NCBI GenBank assembly: GCA_963805085.1
Contig: CAWDTA010000005.1
Span: forward strand, 672,001 to 736,000
Source: an uncultured Veillonellaceae bacterium
GTDB lineage: Bacteria > Bacillota > Negativicutes > JARBTT01
Length of the DNA: 64,000 bases
Reading direction: 5' to 3'
Part shown: in pieces, positions 38,041 through 49,486 of the stretch
Numbering within the stretch: position 1 is the stretch's first letter
How the letters are laid out: every line of letters starts with the position of its first letter
The notes under the pieces: generated by a model
What the model was told of the DNA's origin: nothing
Seen by the model: the letters and a program-made list of their open reading frames with translations, nothing else
The model's database searches: none
Program-made: the position numbers and the translations under genes

Positions 38041-40298
38041 GTAAAACACTAGTTGTTGTAGAATCGCCGGCAAAAGCCAAAACAATAGAAAAATATTTAG
38101 GTAAAAATTATACCGTAAAGGCTTCTATGGGGCATTTACGAGATTTGCCTAAGAGTCAATTTGGAGTAGATCTTGAAAATGATTTTACACCGAAATATAT
38201 TAATATCCGTGGCAAAGGCGATATTATTAAATCGTTAAAAGCAGCAGCGAAAAATGCAGATAAAGTTTATCTCGCATCTGACCCGGATCGTGAAGGGGAG
38301 GCGATTGCTTGGCATTTAGCACATATATTAAATGTTGATGAGTACGAATCTTGTAGAATCGTATTTAACGAGATTACGAAGCCTGCGATACAAGAAGCTG
38401 TGAAAAGACCACGTCCAATTAATCTGGATCGCGTTGATGCGCAACAAGCACGTCGTATGTTAGATCGAATTGTGGGTTATAAATTAAGCCCACTTTTATG
38501 GCGTAAAGTTCGTAAAGGGCTAAGTGCAGGGCGGGTGCAGTCAGTAACCGTAAAACTAATCTGCGATCGGGAAAAAGAAGTACAAAGCTTTGTGTCAGAA
38601 GAATATTGGTCAGTCGAAGTGAAACTAAGAGAAAAACCAAAATCGGCAATATTTGACGCGGAATTAGTGACGATTGATGGAAATAAGCTTTCGATTGGCG
38701 AGGAAGCAGAAGCAGAAAAGGTACGGGAAGATCTAGAAAAGCAATCCTTTATCGTAAATGAAGTGAAAAAACGTCAACGCCAGCGTAAACCCGCACCACC
38801 GTTTATCACGAGTAGTTTACAACAAGATGCGTCACGTAAATTAGGTTTTACTTCTCGTAAAACGATGATGCTTGCCCAACAATTATATGAAGGCTTGGAA
38901 TTGAGCAAAAAAGGCCCTGTTGGATTGATTAGTTATATGCGTACGGATTCGACTCGCGTATCTGAAATTGCGCAGAAAGAGGCAATTGATTACGTTAACG
39001 AAAAATTTGGCAGTAGTTACTTGCCAGAAAAACCACCTATATATTCAACGAAAAAATCGCAAGATGCGCATGAAGCGATTCGTCCAACCAGTGTATTATT
39101 TACACCGGATAGTATCGCGACGAGCCTATCTAAAGATCAGTTAAAACTTTATACGCTTATTTGGGAACGTTTTGTTGCGAGTCAAATGTCAGCGGCGATT
39201 TATGACACGTTGACTATTGCGATTCAAGCTGGTAAATATGGCATCAAAGCAACTGGTTCACAATTGAAATTCGCTGGTTTTACTGCTATATATATTGAAG
39301 GAAAAGATAAAAAAGAAAACGAGAAAGATGTAAGTTTACCGGAGCTTGAGGTTAATCAAGTGATAAACTTACAAAAAGTTTTACCGAAGCAACATTTCAC
39401 CGAACCACCACCAAGATATAATGAAGCTTCCCTTGTTAAAATTCTTGAAGAAAAAGGAATTGGTCGTCCAAGTACCTATTCGCCAATTATTGAAACAATT
39501 TTAGGCAGAGGCTATGTGGTTCGGGTAGAGAAAAATTTTGAACCAACAGAACTTGGTTTTGTTGTAGTTGATATGCTGAAAGAATATTTTGAAGATATTG
39601 TTGATGCGGAATTCTCTGCGAGCCTTGAAAATAAACTGGATGAAATTGCCGAAGGTAAAATCGAAAAAAATGAGCTGTTAAAGCAATTTTATGAACCATT
39701 TGCTAAAACACTGGAACATGCTGAAGAGGAAATCGGGCATGTAGAACTTCCTGTAGAAGTTTCTGATGTTCCATGTGAGCACTGTGGTAGGCTGATGGTA
39801 GTAAAGCAAGGGCGTTATGGCAAGTTTTTAGCCTGCCCGGGCTTTCCTGAATGTAGAAATACGAAAGCATTATTAAAAGACACTGGAGCGCTCTGTGTAA
39901 AGTGCGGCGGTAATATCGTAGAGCGTCGCACAAAACGCGGTAAGAATTTCTACGGTTGTAAAAATTATCCTGATTGTGATTTTGTCACTTGGGATATGCC
40001 GATGAAAGAAACTTGCCCGACTTGCGCTGCGGCTATGCTAAAGCATAACTATAAAAATGGTCGGTTTCTTCTTTACTGTAGCAATGAAGTTTGTGAGACG
40101 AGAAAAGATAACCCAATTAATAAGGAATTAGATAAGTTAAAGAAGAGGGCAGAAACAAAAGCTGAAAATAGTAAAAGTGATGAAAATGCAACCAAAACCA
40201 CAAAAACAATGAAGCAAGCGAAAAAATCTGCGGTCAAATCGACAAAAAAAAGTACGGCAAAAAAGAAAACAAGTACGAATAAAACGGAGGAAAATTAG
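38037..40298 (+). CDS. topA: DNA topoisomerase I
   Basis: [31 protein letters not shown] active Tyr, zinc ribbons, Lys-rich tail. Confidence 0.98.
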
Positions 40299-41605
40299 TG
40301 GCTAAAGTAATTGTTATTGGAGCAGGTCTCGCGGGCAGTGAAGCTGCTTGGCAAATCGCTCAAAAAGGTATCAACGTAGATTTATTTGAAATGCGGCCTA
40401 AAGTATCAACGCCAGCACATCATAGTGAGAATTTTGCGGAATTGGTATGTAGTAATTCTCTTCGTGGCGCTGGTCTTGAAAATGCAGTAGGATTAATGAA
40501 AGAAGAAATGCGCCAAATGAGTTCACTCATTATGGAAGCTGCAGATGCGACGAAAGTCCCGGCTGGTGGTGCTCTTGCTGTCGATCGTCAGGGTTTCAGT
40601 GAATATATTACAAAAAAAATTAGAAATCATGCATTGATTCGGATTATAAATGAAGAGGTGACTGAAATCCCGCAGACGGATGATGTTGTTATTATAGCAA
40701 GTGGGCCCTTAACTTCACCGTTATTCTCTCAAGAAATTGCGAAATTAACAGGGCAAGAATATTTATATTTCTATGATGCGGCGTCACCAATTGTAGTGAA
40801 AGAATCTTTAAATATGGATAAAGCTTATAAAGCATCACGTTATGGTAAAGGTGATGATGACTATATTAACTGTCCGATGAATAAAGAAGAATATCAAGTG
40901 TTTTGGAATGAACTTGTGAATGCAGAGAAAACAGAAACGAAAGATTTTGAAAAAGCAATTTTCTTTGAAGGCTGTATGCCTGTCGAAGAAATGGCAAGTC
41001 GTGGTGTAGATACGCTGCGATACGGCCCGTTAAAACCAGTCGGTCTTGAACATCCGGTAACTGGTGAAAAGCCATATGCAGTTGTTCAACTGCGCCAAGA
41101 TAATTATGCGGCAAGTCTTTATAATATTGTAGGTTTTCAGACGCATTTAAAATGGCCAGAACAAAAGCGGGTGTTCGGTCTTATCCCGGGCTTAGATACA
41201 GCGGAGTTTGTTCGATATGGTGTCATGCACCGCAATACCTTTATCAATTCGCCAACGGTACTAAAACCTACTTTGCAAATGCAAAAAAATGCAAACATAT
41301 TGTTTGCAGGTCAAATGACAGGCGTAGAGGGCTATATTGAATCAGCGGCTTGCGGTCTAGTTGCGGGGATAAATGCAGCGAAAATAGCGAGTGGTCAAGA
41401 ACCAGTTATATATCCTGCCGATACAGCACACGGGGCGATGTGTCAATATATTACGAATGCAGATGCGAAAAAATTTCAACCGATGAATGTAAATTTCGGT
41501 CTGTTGCCGCCACTTGAGGAAAGAATAAAAGACAAAAAAATAAAAAATCGTACGATTTCTGAACGGGCATTGTCGAGCTTAGAAAGCTTTAAACATAACA
41601 TATAA
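40298..41605 (+). CDS. trmFO: Folate/FAD-dependent tRNA (uracil-54) methyltransferase
   Basis: [40 protein letters not shown]. Confidence 0.96.
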   Translation: MAKVIVIGAGLAGSEAAWQIAQKGINVDLFEMRPKVSTPAHHSENFAELVCSNSLRGAGLENAVGLMKEEMRQMSSLIMEAADATKVPAGGALAVDRQGFSEYITKKIRNHALIRIINEEVTEIPQTDDVVIIASGPLTSPLFSQEIAKLTGQEYLYFYDAASPIVVKESLNMDKAYKASRYGKGDDDYINCPMNKEEYQVFWNELVNAEKTETKDFEKAIFFEGCMPVEEMASRGVDTLRYGPLKPVGLEHPVTGEKPYAVVQLRQDNYAASLYNIVGFQTHLKWPEQKRVFGLIPGLDTAEFVRYGVMHRNTFINSPTVLKPTLQMQKNANILFAGQMTGVEGYIESAACGLVAGINAAKIASGQEPVIYPADTAHGAMCQYITNADAKKFQPMNVNFGLLPPLEERIKDKKIKNRTISERALSSLESFKHNI

Positions 41606-41638
41606 AATGCACGAAATTGTGCATAGGGAGGTGCTACT

Positions 41639-42172
41639 ATGTTTCATGCTACAACAATCGTGGCGGTAAAACACAAGGGGAAAACAGCAATTGCCGGTGA
41701 TGGCCAAGTTACATTTGGCGGCAATACAGTAATGAAGCATAATGCTAAAAAAGTTAGACGCTTATATCATGGTAAAATTCTGGCAGGTTTTGCTGGTTCC
41801 GTCGCCGATGCATTTACCTTGTTTGGTAAATTTGAAACTAAACTAGAAGAGTTTAATGGAAACTTAATGCGCGCAGCTGTAGAACTTGCCAAGGAATGGC
41901 GTACGGACCGTGTACTTAGAAAATTAGAGGCTCTGCTGCTTATCATGGATAGCGAGAAAATGCTCATCTTATCTGGCAATGGCGAAGTTATTGAGCCAGA
42001 TGATGGTGTAGCTGCAATTGGCTCTGGTGGTGCATATGCTTTGGCGGCTGCCCGTGGAATGGTAAGACATTCTGACTTATCTGCACCTGAAATTGTGAAA
42101 GAAGCTTTGGAAATTGCAGCAGATATCTGTGTATTTACCAATCATCATATCACCGTAGAAGAGCTAGATTAG
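41639..42172 (+). CDS. hslV: ATP-dependent protease subunit HslV (ClpQ)
   Basis: [26 protein letters not shown]. Confidence 0.97.
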   Translation: MFHATTIVAVKHKGKTAIAGDGQVTFGGNTVMKHNAKKVRRLYHGKILAGFAGSVADAFTLFGKFETKLEEFNGNLMRAAVELAKEWRTDRVLRKLEALLLIMDSEKMLILSGNGEVIEPDDGVAAIGSGGAYALAAARGMVRHSDLSAPEIVKEALEIAADICVFTNHHITVEELD

Positions 42173-42177
42173 GAGGG

Positions 42178-43584
42178 GTGAACTTGAAAGAGCAAACACC
42201 GAAAGAAATAGTAAATGAATTGGATAAATACATTGTTGGGCAAGCACAAGCTAAAAAGTCTGTTGCCGTTGCACTTCGTAATCGTTGGCGAAGTAAGCAA
42301 TTACCTGATTCGTTAAAAGATGAAATAATTCCCAAAAATATTTTAATGATTGGTTCTACTGGTGTTGGTAAAACGGAAATTGCTAGACGTCTTGCAAAGT
42401 TGGTCAATGCACCCTTTGTAAAAGTGGAAGCAACTAAATTTACGGAAGTCGGTTACGTTGGTCGTGATGTAGAATCGATGGTGCGAGATTTAGTTGAGAC
42501 CTCAATTCGCATGTTGAAAAAAGAAAAGATGCTTGAAGTGAATGATAAGGCATTAGAACTTGCCAACGATAGAATTGTTGAATGTTTCATACCGACACAA
42601 AAGAAAGAAAATAATCGCAATCCATTTGAAGTGTTATTTAACAGCAATAGTAACAATACGAATGATGCGACGAATAATAATCAGGTGGTTGAAGAACCTA
42701 AATATCAAACTGGTAAAGAGTGGTATGAAAAACGTTTGGCGGCAGGTGAAATAGAAAATGAGCTCATTGAAATTAGTGTAGAAGATACAGCGGCGCCGAT
42801 GATTGGGATGTTTTCTGGTTCAGGGATAGAGGAAATGGGCAATAACATTCAAGATATGTTAGGGAGTCTCATGCCTAAGAAACAAAAGAGACGTAAAGTA
42901 ACCGTTGCAAATGCCAGAAAGATTTTTACACAGGAAGAAGCGCAAAAACTTATTGATATGGATGAAGTAATCGCAAATGCACTGAAGATTGCCGAAGATA
43001 ATGGGATTATTTTTCTTGATGAGATCGATAAAGTTGCCGGTGGCGGCAATTCTTCTGGCCCAGATGTTTCTCGCGAAGGTGTACAACGTGACATTCTGCC
43101 AATCGTGGAAGGATCTACCGTAGTGACTAAATATGGCCCGATCAAAACCGATCATGTTTTATTCATTGCAGCGGGCGCTTTTCATAAAGCGAAACCATCT
43201 GATTTAATTCCCGAATTACAGGGCCGTTTTCCAATTCGTGTGGAATTGACCAATTTATCAAAAGATGATTTTAAGCAAATACTAACTGAACCAGCAAATG
43301 CGCTGATTAAACAATATGTATACTTATTAGAAACAGAAGGTGTTCATATTGAATTTACTGGGGATGCTATTGATGAACTTGCGGAAATCGCTTGTAATGT
43401 CAATGCGCAAACTGAGAATATCGGTGCCAGACGATTGCATACTATTTTGGAAAAATTATTGGAAGATGTAGCTTTTGAAGCTCCTGATATGAAAGAAAAA
43501 AATATTGTAATCAATAGAGAATACGTCGATTCTAAATTGGGTCATATTGTAGTAAACCAAGATTTAAGTCGTTTTATCTTATAA
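42178..43584 (+). CDS. hslU: ATP-dependent protease ATPase HslU (ClpY)
   Basis: [40 protein letters not shown]. Confidence 0.97.
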   Translation: MNLKEQTPKEIVNELDKYIVGQAQAKKSVAVALRNRWRSKQLPDSLKDEIIPKNILMIGSTGVGKTEIARRLAKLVNAPFVKVEATKFTEVGYVGRDVESMVRDLVETSIRMLKKEKMLEVNDKALELANDRIVECFIPTQKKENNRNPFEVLFNSNSNNTNDATNNNQVVEEPKYQTGKEWYEKRLAAGEIENELIEISVEDTAAPMIGMFSGSGIEEMGNNIQDMLGSLMPKKQKRRKVTVANARKIFTQEEAQKLIDMDEVIANALKIAEDNGIIFLDEIDKVAGGGNSSGPDVSREGVQRDILPIVEGSTVVTKYGPIKTDHVLFIAAGAFHKAKPSDLIPELQGRFPIRVELTNLSKDDFKQILTEPANALIKQYVYLLETEGVHIEFTGDAIDELAEIACNVNAQTENIGARRLHTILEKLLEDVAFEAPDMKEKNIVINREYVDSKLGHIVVNQDLSRFIL

Positions 43585-43703
43585 TTTATAAAGAATATTA
43601 TGTAAGTATCTATAATTATTTGCAGTATCGTGGTAATATATTAATATATTACCACGATGTTGTAAAAACAGAACAAATGGATAGATGGAAAGGGAGGTCT
43701 GTT

Positions 43704-44483
43704 ATGGCTAGTCTACTATTGGAAAGAACAAGAAAAATTAATAAATTACTGCAAAAATCCGAAAGTGTAGAATATGATGGTATTTCACGTGTTTTAAGTA
43801 ATGTTATAGGTGCAAATGTATATATTGTAAATAAAACGGGTGAAGTTTTTGGTCATGCATTTATTGATGACTTTGAATGTGAACTTATGATCGATAAAGT
43901 AGTTATGCAAGGTGAGTTTCCGCGGCATTATGTCAATTGGTTACTTAAGATTGATGAGACTTCACCAAATTTGAAACTGAAAAGCGGTATGTGTGCTTTT
44001 AGTCAAGAGACAGAGTGTATTTTTAGTAATAAAATTACTACAATTGTGCCAATTTACGGTGTTGGTGAACGGATAGGAACATTGATCGTAGCGAAATTTG
44101 ATGAAGAGTTTACAGATGAAGATTTAATTTTAGCTGAATATGGTGCAACTGTTGTTGGAATGGAAATATTGCGAGATCATAGTCAAAAAATTGAAGTTGA
44201 AGCTCGTAAGAAAGCTACTGTACAAATTGCTTTGGCGACACTGTCTTATTCTGAAGTTGAGGCTGCGATTAATATTTTAGGGGAGTTGGATGGTAATGAG
44301 GGTTTGCTTGTTGCTAGTAAAATTGCCGATCGTGTTGGGATTACAAGATCCGTTATCGTCAATGCGTTGAGAAAATTTGAAAGCGCGGGTGTGATAGAAT
44401 CAAAATCGCTTGGGATGAAGGGCACTTACATTAAAGTTTTAAATGAACATTTATTAGAGGAAGTTCATAAGTTAAAAAGATAA
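43704..44483 (+). CDS. codY: GTP-sensing pleiotropic regulator CodY
   Basis: LLERTRKINKLLQ; TLSYSE, ASKIADRVGITRSVIVNALRKFESAG; ATG after AGGGAGG. Confidence 0.97.
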   Translation: MASLLLERTRKINKLLQKSESVEYDGISRVLSNVIGANVYIVNKTGEVFGHAFIDDFECELMIDKVVMQGEFPRHYVNWLLKIDETSPNLKLKSGMCAFSQETECIFSNKITTIVPIYGVGERIGTLIVAKFDEEFTDEDLILAEYGATVVGMEILRDHSQKIEVEARKKATVQIALATLSYSEVEAAINILGELDGNEGLLVASKIADRVGITRSVIVNALRKFESAGVIESKSLGMKGTYIKVLNEHLLEEVHKLKR

Positions 44484-44491
44484 AATTTTTT

Positions 44492-44523
44492 AAAAAAAAT
44501 GTCGCATTTGCGACATTTTTTTT
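44492..44523 (+). terminator. Terminator after codY
   Basis: AAAAAAAATGTCGCA / TGCGACATTTTTTTT. Confidence 0.85.
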
Positions 44524-44817
44524 GTTGTTCTTACAAAATAGTAGATACAAATACTCATTTTTACATATATTCCTTGAAAGTGATATTTAAATGAATGGTT
44601 CTGTGATATAATTTACAAGGATAAATTTTACCGCGTAAATACTGATGGTAGGACGATATTCCTAATTATCTTATTTGCAGTGAAAATAAGGTAGTTCGTT
44701 GGATTTTTTAGAGGAATTTTGCAGAAAAGTGTAGAAACATAAAAATAGTGATGTTTATTAGGTTAATTAATATTAAAAATAAGAAAGATAAATTTTGGTG
44801 ATTATGGAGGGAGAAAT

Positions 44818-45237
44818 ATGATAGAAAAAATTACCCAGTCGCCATTGGTTAATGTACTAAGCCAGGCATTAAATGCTTCCAATATGAGGAATAATGTCAT
44901 CAGTAATAACATTGCAAATGTTAATACGCCTGGTTTCAAAAAGAGTGAAGTTGTGTTTGAGAGCCTACTGGCTGAACAATTGACTCCGACTGGTAAAAAA
45001 TTAGCAATGACACGTACGCAAGATAAACATTTTCCGATGCCTAGTAATGAACAGGGAGTAGTTAATCCGAAAATTAATATGATCAATAATACAACAATGC
45101 GTACTGATGGTAACAACGTCGATATTGATTCTGAAATGGCAGGATTGGCGAAAAATAACATCTATTATAATGCGGCTGTCCGACAGATTAGCGATTATTT
45201 CACAAGTATGAAATCAGTAATCGCAGGACAAAAATAG
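44818..45237 (+). CDS. flgB: Flagellar basal-body rod protein FlgB
   Basis: SNNIANVNTPGFK, DGNNVDID. Confidence 0.95.
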   Translation: MIEKITQSPLVNVLSQALNASNMRNNVISNNIANVNTPGFKKSEVVFESLLAEQLTPTGKKLAMTRTQDKHFPMPSNEQGVVNPKINMINNTTMRTDGNNVDIDSEMAGLAKNNIYYNAAVRQISDYFTSMKSVIAGQK

Positions 45238-45299
45238 AAATTATCCGTTTATAATAGGTTAATAAAATTTTTACATAACTATTTAAGGAGGAACCGTTT

Positions 45300-45737
45300 A
45301 TGAGTATGTTTGGTGCGATAGATGCAGCTGCATCTGGTTTGACGGCTGAACGATTACGTATGGATGTTATTTCTAACAACATTGCTAATGCGAATACTAC
45401 ACGTACAGCAGAAGGCGGGGCCTATCGTCGTCGAGTTGTTGTCTTTGAACCGCGGACAGGAGATGCATCCCCATTTTCGCAGACTTTATCTAAAGAGATG
45501 CAGGCTGGCGAAGGCGTAAGAGCTGTAGGAATTACAACTGATAATACACCAGGGCGTACAATTTATGATCCGAATCATCCTGATGCAAATAAAGACGGAT
45601 ATGTAGAAATGCCAAATTTAAATATAGTTTCTGAAATGGTAGATATGATTACTGCCTCAAGGGCATATGAGGCTAATGTAACTGCTGTGAATGCAGCAAA
45701 AAGCATGGCGATGAAGGCTCTTGACATAGGAAAATAG
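45300..45737 (+). CDS. flgC: Flagellar basal-body rod protein FlgC
   Basis: SNNIANANTT, YDPNHPDA, EMVDMITASRAYEAN. Confidence 0.96.
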   Translation: MSMFGAIDAAASGLTAERLRMDVISNNIANANTTRTAEGGAYRRRVVVFEPRTGDASPFSQTLSKEMQAGEGVRAVGITTDNTPGRTIYDPNHPDANKDGYVEMPNLNIVSEMVDMITASRAYEANVTAVNAAKSMAMKALDIGK

Positions 45738-45752
45738 TGAGGTGTGTGTTGG

Positions 45753-46052
45753 ATGCAAGTGGAAGCATTGAAGTTGACCCCAGTAATTAGTAGTGCAACT
45801 ACTAACATTAATCAAAATCAAGCGGTTGGAAAGAAAAATTTTAGTGAGTATTTTAATGAAGCATTAAATAATGTAAATGATCTTCAATTAAAAGGACAAC
45901 AAGCGAGTATTGATATGGCTGCAGGTAAAGTAAAAGATATCTCCCAAGTGGTTGTAGCAACTGAAAAAGCAAATATTGCTTTGCAACTGACTATGCAGGT
46001 GCGTAATAAGGTTTTAGATGCATATCAAGAAGTTATGCGTATGCAAGTGTAA
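45753..46052 (+). CDS. fliE: Flagellar hook-basal body protein FliE
   Basis: QVRNKVLDAYQEVMRMQV. Confidence 0.95.
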   Translation: MQVEALKLTPVISSATTNINQNQAVGKKNFSEYFNEALNNVNDLQLKGQQASIDMAAGKVKDISQVVVATEKANIALQLTMQVRNKVLDAYQEVMRMQV

Positions 46053-46092
46053 TGTAAAGTAATATACTTTTGAGTGGCGAAAGGATGAGACG

Positions 46093-47664
46093 ATGGCCGA
46101 CTGGAAGGAGCAGTCCCTGCAAGTTTGGAAAAAACTCGGTAAAAGGCAAAAATATACAATTATCGGTACTGCTGTACTATTAATGATAACGATTTTAGGT
46201 TGGAGTTATTGGTGGGGTAGTAAACCTGATATGGTACCATTGTTTACGGGTATGGAAGCCAAAGATGCAGGCGAAGTTGCAGCAAAACTCAAGGAAATGA
46301 AAATATCTTATGAACCACAAGAAACAGCTCACGGCACGGCAATTCTAGTACAAGCAAAGGATGTACATAATGCTCGGTTAGAACTTGCTACCCAAGGCCT
46401 GCCACGTGGTCAAAAAGGTTTTGAAATCTTTGATGATAGTAAACTAGGTGTTACCGAATTTCAAAATAAAGTGAATTATTTACAAGCTTTACAAGGTGAA
46501 TTGACTCGGACGATTGAACAACTTGAAGAAGTTGAAAAAGCCAGAGTGCATATTGTATTGCCGGAAGATAGTTTATATAAGAAAAATGAAAAACCAGCGA
46601 CTGCTTCGATTATGTTGAAATTGAAGCCAAATCAACAATTGTCAAAACAGCATATAAAAGGGATTGTCAATTTAGCTGCACATAGTGTGCAAGGATTACA
46701 AGCTGCTAATATCACAATTGTTGATAGTTCAGGTAAAATATTAAACGATCCCGAAGAAGATGAAAAATCTCTGGGAAATGCAACGATGACACAGTTGGAT
46801 ATGACGAAGAAAATTCAAGATCGTTTACAGAAAGACCTGCAAACTTTCTTAGATCAAGTTTTAGGTTCAGGGAAAGCAGTTGCAAGAGTAAATGTGGAGT
46901 TGACTTTTGATCAACATACGACGGATAAACAAGTATTTACACCTGTTGTTGATGATTCTGGCATTATTCGTAGCTCGCAAGACAGTACTGAAAACTATAA
47001 TGGTACTTCAGGAACGCCGGGTGGCCCAGCGGGAACAACTTCTAATATTCCAGGTTATGTAGCTACAAATAACACACAGTCGCAATATGATAAAAAAGAA
47101 TCTACTAAAAATTATGAAATAAATGAAACAAAAGAAAAAGTTGTAGCGGCTCCAGGGGCTATTAAGAGGTTAACGGTTGCGGTTCTAGTTGATGAACAAA
47201 TGACGCAAACACAACAAAGCAGCATTTCTCGGTCGGTGTCATCAGCGATTGGTTTGGATACTGGTCGTGGAGATACGATTTCTGTAGAAGCAGTGCCATT
47301 CAGTACTGAGTTAGCAGATAGACAAGCGAAAGAAGATCAACAGCGTATTGACCAAGAAAATCAAATGTTCTGGATGAAAGTTGCGTTGGGAGTATTACTT
47401 GCCGCAATGATTATTGCATTTATCTATGTTCGTCGTCGTAAAGCTCGTCTTGCAAGGGAAGCCGAAGAAAGAGCTGCTATGGAAGCGTTAAGGGCGCAAA
47501 AAGCAGCGAGAGCAGCTGAACAAGCAGCTACAGTTGAAGACGTTGATGAAATGTCACCAGAACAACAAACTCGTATGACTGAAAGACAAGCATTAGAAGA
47601 AATGATTAGAACACGTCCAGAAGAAATCGCCCAACTAGTAAGAACTTGGTTGGCAGACGAGTAA
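46093..47664 (+). CDS. fliF: Flagellar M-ring protein FliF
   Basis: GFEIFD, ALQGELTRTI, ARVHIVLP, two TM segments. Confidence 0.96.
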   Translation: MADWKEQSLQVWKKLGKRQKYTIIGTAVLLMITILGWSYWWGSKPDMVPLFTGMEAKDAGEVAAKLKEMKISYEPQETAHGTAILVQAKDVHNARLELATQGLPRGQKGFEIFDDSKLGVTEFQNKVNYLQALQGELTRTIEQLEEVEKARVHIVLPEDSLYKKNEKPATASIMLKLKPNQQLSKQHIKGIVNLAAHSVQGLQAANITIVDSSGKILNDPEEDEKSLGNATMTQLDMTKKIQDRLQKDLQTFLDQVLGSGKAVARVNVELTFDQHTTDKQVFTPVVDDSGIIRSSQDSTENYNGTSGTPGGPAGTTSNIPGYVATNNTQSQYDKKESTKNYEINETKEKVVAAPGAIKRLTVAVLVDEQMTQTQQSSISRSVSSAIGLDTGRGDTISVEAVPFSTELADRQAKEDQQRIDQENQMFWMKVALGVLLAAMIIAFIYVRRRKARLAREAEERAAMEALRAQKAARAAEQAATVEDVDEMSPEQQTRMTERQALEEMIRTRPEEIAQLVRTWLADE

Positions 47665-47689
47665 TAATAAGTGTATTGTAGGTGAGCGC

Positions 47690-48700
47690 ATGTACGAATC
47701 TAATGAGTTGACAAATAAACAAAAGACCGCAATTTTATTCATAGCGCTTGGTCCAGAAGTTTCAGCGCAGCTTTTTAAACATTTGCATGGGGATGAAATT
47801 GAAAAGCTCACCTTGGAAATAGCGAACCAGCGTCAAGTAACACAAGAACAAAAAAACCAAGTTATTAGTGAATTTTATCAAATGGCAATGGCAAAAGAGT
47901 ATATTTCTACTGGCGGTTTAGAGTATGCTCGCGAAGTACTGGAAAAAGCATTGGGCTCAGAAGAAGCAGTTAACATTATCAATCGCCTTACTTCGAGCTT
48001 ACAAATTCGTCCATTTGATTTTGCTCGGAAGACAGATCCAGCCCAGTTGCTGAATTTTATTCAAAGTGAGCATCCACAAACGATCGCTTTGATTATGGCT
48101 TATTTATCGCCCGATCAATCAGCGGCAATTATTTCGGCGTTGCCGCCTGATCGGCAAGTAGAAGTAGCGAAGAGAATCGCAACGATGGATAGAACAACTC
48201 CAGATGTTTTACGTGATGTGGAACGTGTTTTGGAGAGAAAACTTTCCTCTCTTGTTACCCAAGATTTTACTGCTGCTGGTGGAGTTAGTTCTATTGTTGA
48301 AGTTCTCAACCGTGTGGATAGAACAACAGAACGTACAATTATTGAAAATTTAGAAGTGGAAAATCCAGAGCTTGCAGAAGAAATCAAACGTCTTATGTTT
48401 GTATTTGAAGATATTGTTATGCTTGATGATCGTTCACTCCAATTGGTATTGCGAGAAATTGATCAAAAAGATTTGGCTCTTGCACTCAAAGCTACAGCAA
48501 CTGAAGTTGGTGAAAAAGTTTATAAAAATATGTCCAAACGTGCAGCTGATATGTTAAAAGAAGAAATTGAATATATGGGACCTGTTAAAATTCGCGATGT
48601 AGAAGAATCACAACAAAAAGTTGTTAATGTAATTAGGCGACTCGAAGAGTCTGGTGAAATCATAGTATCTCGTGGTAAAGGAGACGAAATGGTTGTCTAG
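47690..48700 (+). CDS. fliG: Flagellar motor switch protein FliG
   Basis: EHPQTIALI, MFVFEDI, NMSKRA. Confidence 0.97.
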   Translation: MYESNELTNKQKTAILFIALGPEVSAQLFKHLHGDEIEKLTLEIANQRQVTQEQKNQVISEFYQMAMAKEYISTGGLEYAREVLEKALGSEEAVNIINRLTSSLQIRPFDFARKTDPAQLLNFIQSEHPQTIALIMAYLSPDQSAAIISALPPDRQVEVAKRIATMDRTTPDVLRDVERVLERKLSSLVTQDFTAAGGVSSIVEVLNRVDRTTERTIIENLEVENPELAEEIKRLMFVFEDIVMLDDRSLQLVLREIDQKDLALALKATATEVGEKVYKNMSKRAADMLKEEIEYMGPVKIRDVEESQQKVVNVIRRLEESGEIIVSRGKGDEMVV

Positions 48701-49484
48701 GGTAATAAAGGGAGCTATATTGCAAGACAGTCCCAAAATTTTAGAAACCCCAGTAATGGATATTGTTGGACAAAGCCAAGATGAATTGGAATTTAGTCGT
48801 GGAGATATTGCCGTTGCTGCCGCTTACGCCGTGATGTTAGAAGAACAGAAGCGCAAAGCGACGAAAATGGTTCAAGATGCTGAAATGCAGCGGAATATTA
48901 TTATTGCCGATGCACAGAAACAGGCTGAACAAATTGTTGTCCAGGCAAATGAAGAAGCTGAACAAATTAGAATTGTCTCTCGTAATGAAGCGAAAGAAGC
49001 TGGTTATGGCGAGGGTCATGATAATGGCTATAAAGCTGTAAAAAACGAGATGGCAAATCTTATTAAAGAAGCCAATGAAAAAGCCGAAAGGACTATTCGG
49101 TTGGCTGAAAATGAAATTAAAGATAGCGTTTTAAAAGCGGAAAGTAAGATTGTTGAAATTGCTATGGCGATTGCTAATAAAGTGATACCACAACATGTTA
49201 TTGATATACCGCACATCATTTTACCTTTAGTAAGAACTGCCTTAGAAAAAGTTCGTGATCAACGCGATATTATTGTTAAGGTTTCTCCTGATGACTATGA
49301 ACTTGTTTTAATGGCTAAAAAGGAATTTCAGACTATGCTTGATAGTGATAATCAACTTACCATTTCTTCAGACCAAACGTTAACCAATGGAAACTGCATT
49401 GTTGAAAGTGCAAATGGCAATGTTGACGCGAGGCTAAGTACGCAATTGGAAGCAGTGAAAAAAGCAATTCAGGAAGTTGTGTAA
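48693..49484 (+). CDS. fliH: Flagellar assembly protein FliH
   Basis: GxxxG repeats (GYGEGHDNGY), position between fliG and fliI; TTG start after AGGAG. Confidence 0.9.
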   Translation: MSRVIKGAILQDSPKILETPVMDIVGQSQDELEFSRGDIAVAAAYAVMLEEQKRKATKMVQDAEMQRNIIIADAQKQAEQIVVQANEEAEQIRIVSRNEAKEAGYGEGHDNGYKAVKNEMANLIKEANEKAERTIRLAENEIKDSVLKAESKIVEIAMAIANKVIPQHVIDIPHIILPLVRTALEKVRDQRDIIVKVSPDDYELVLMAKKEFQTMLDSDNQLTISSDQTLTNGNCIVESANGNVDARLSTQLEAVKKAIQEVV

Positions 49485-49486
49485 TA

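Noticed and set aside
44613-44817. c-di-GMP riboswitch or C. difficile-like invertible flagellar switch upstream of flgB
   Set aside because: No GEMM or class II consensus and no long flanking inverted repeats seen
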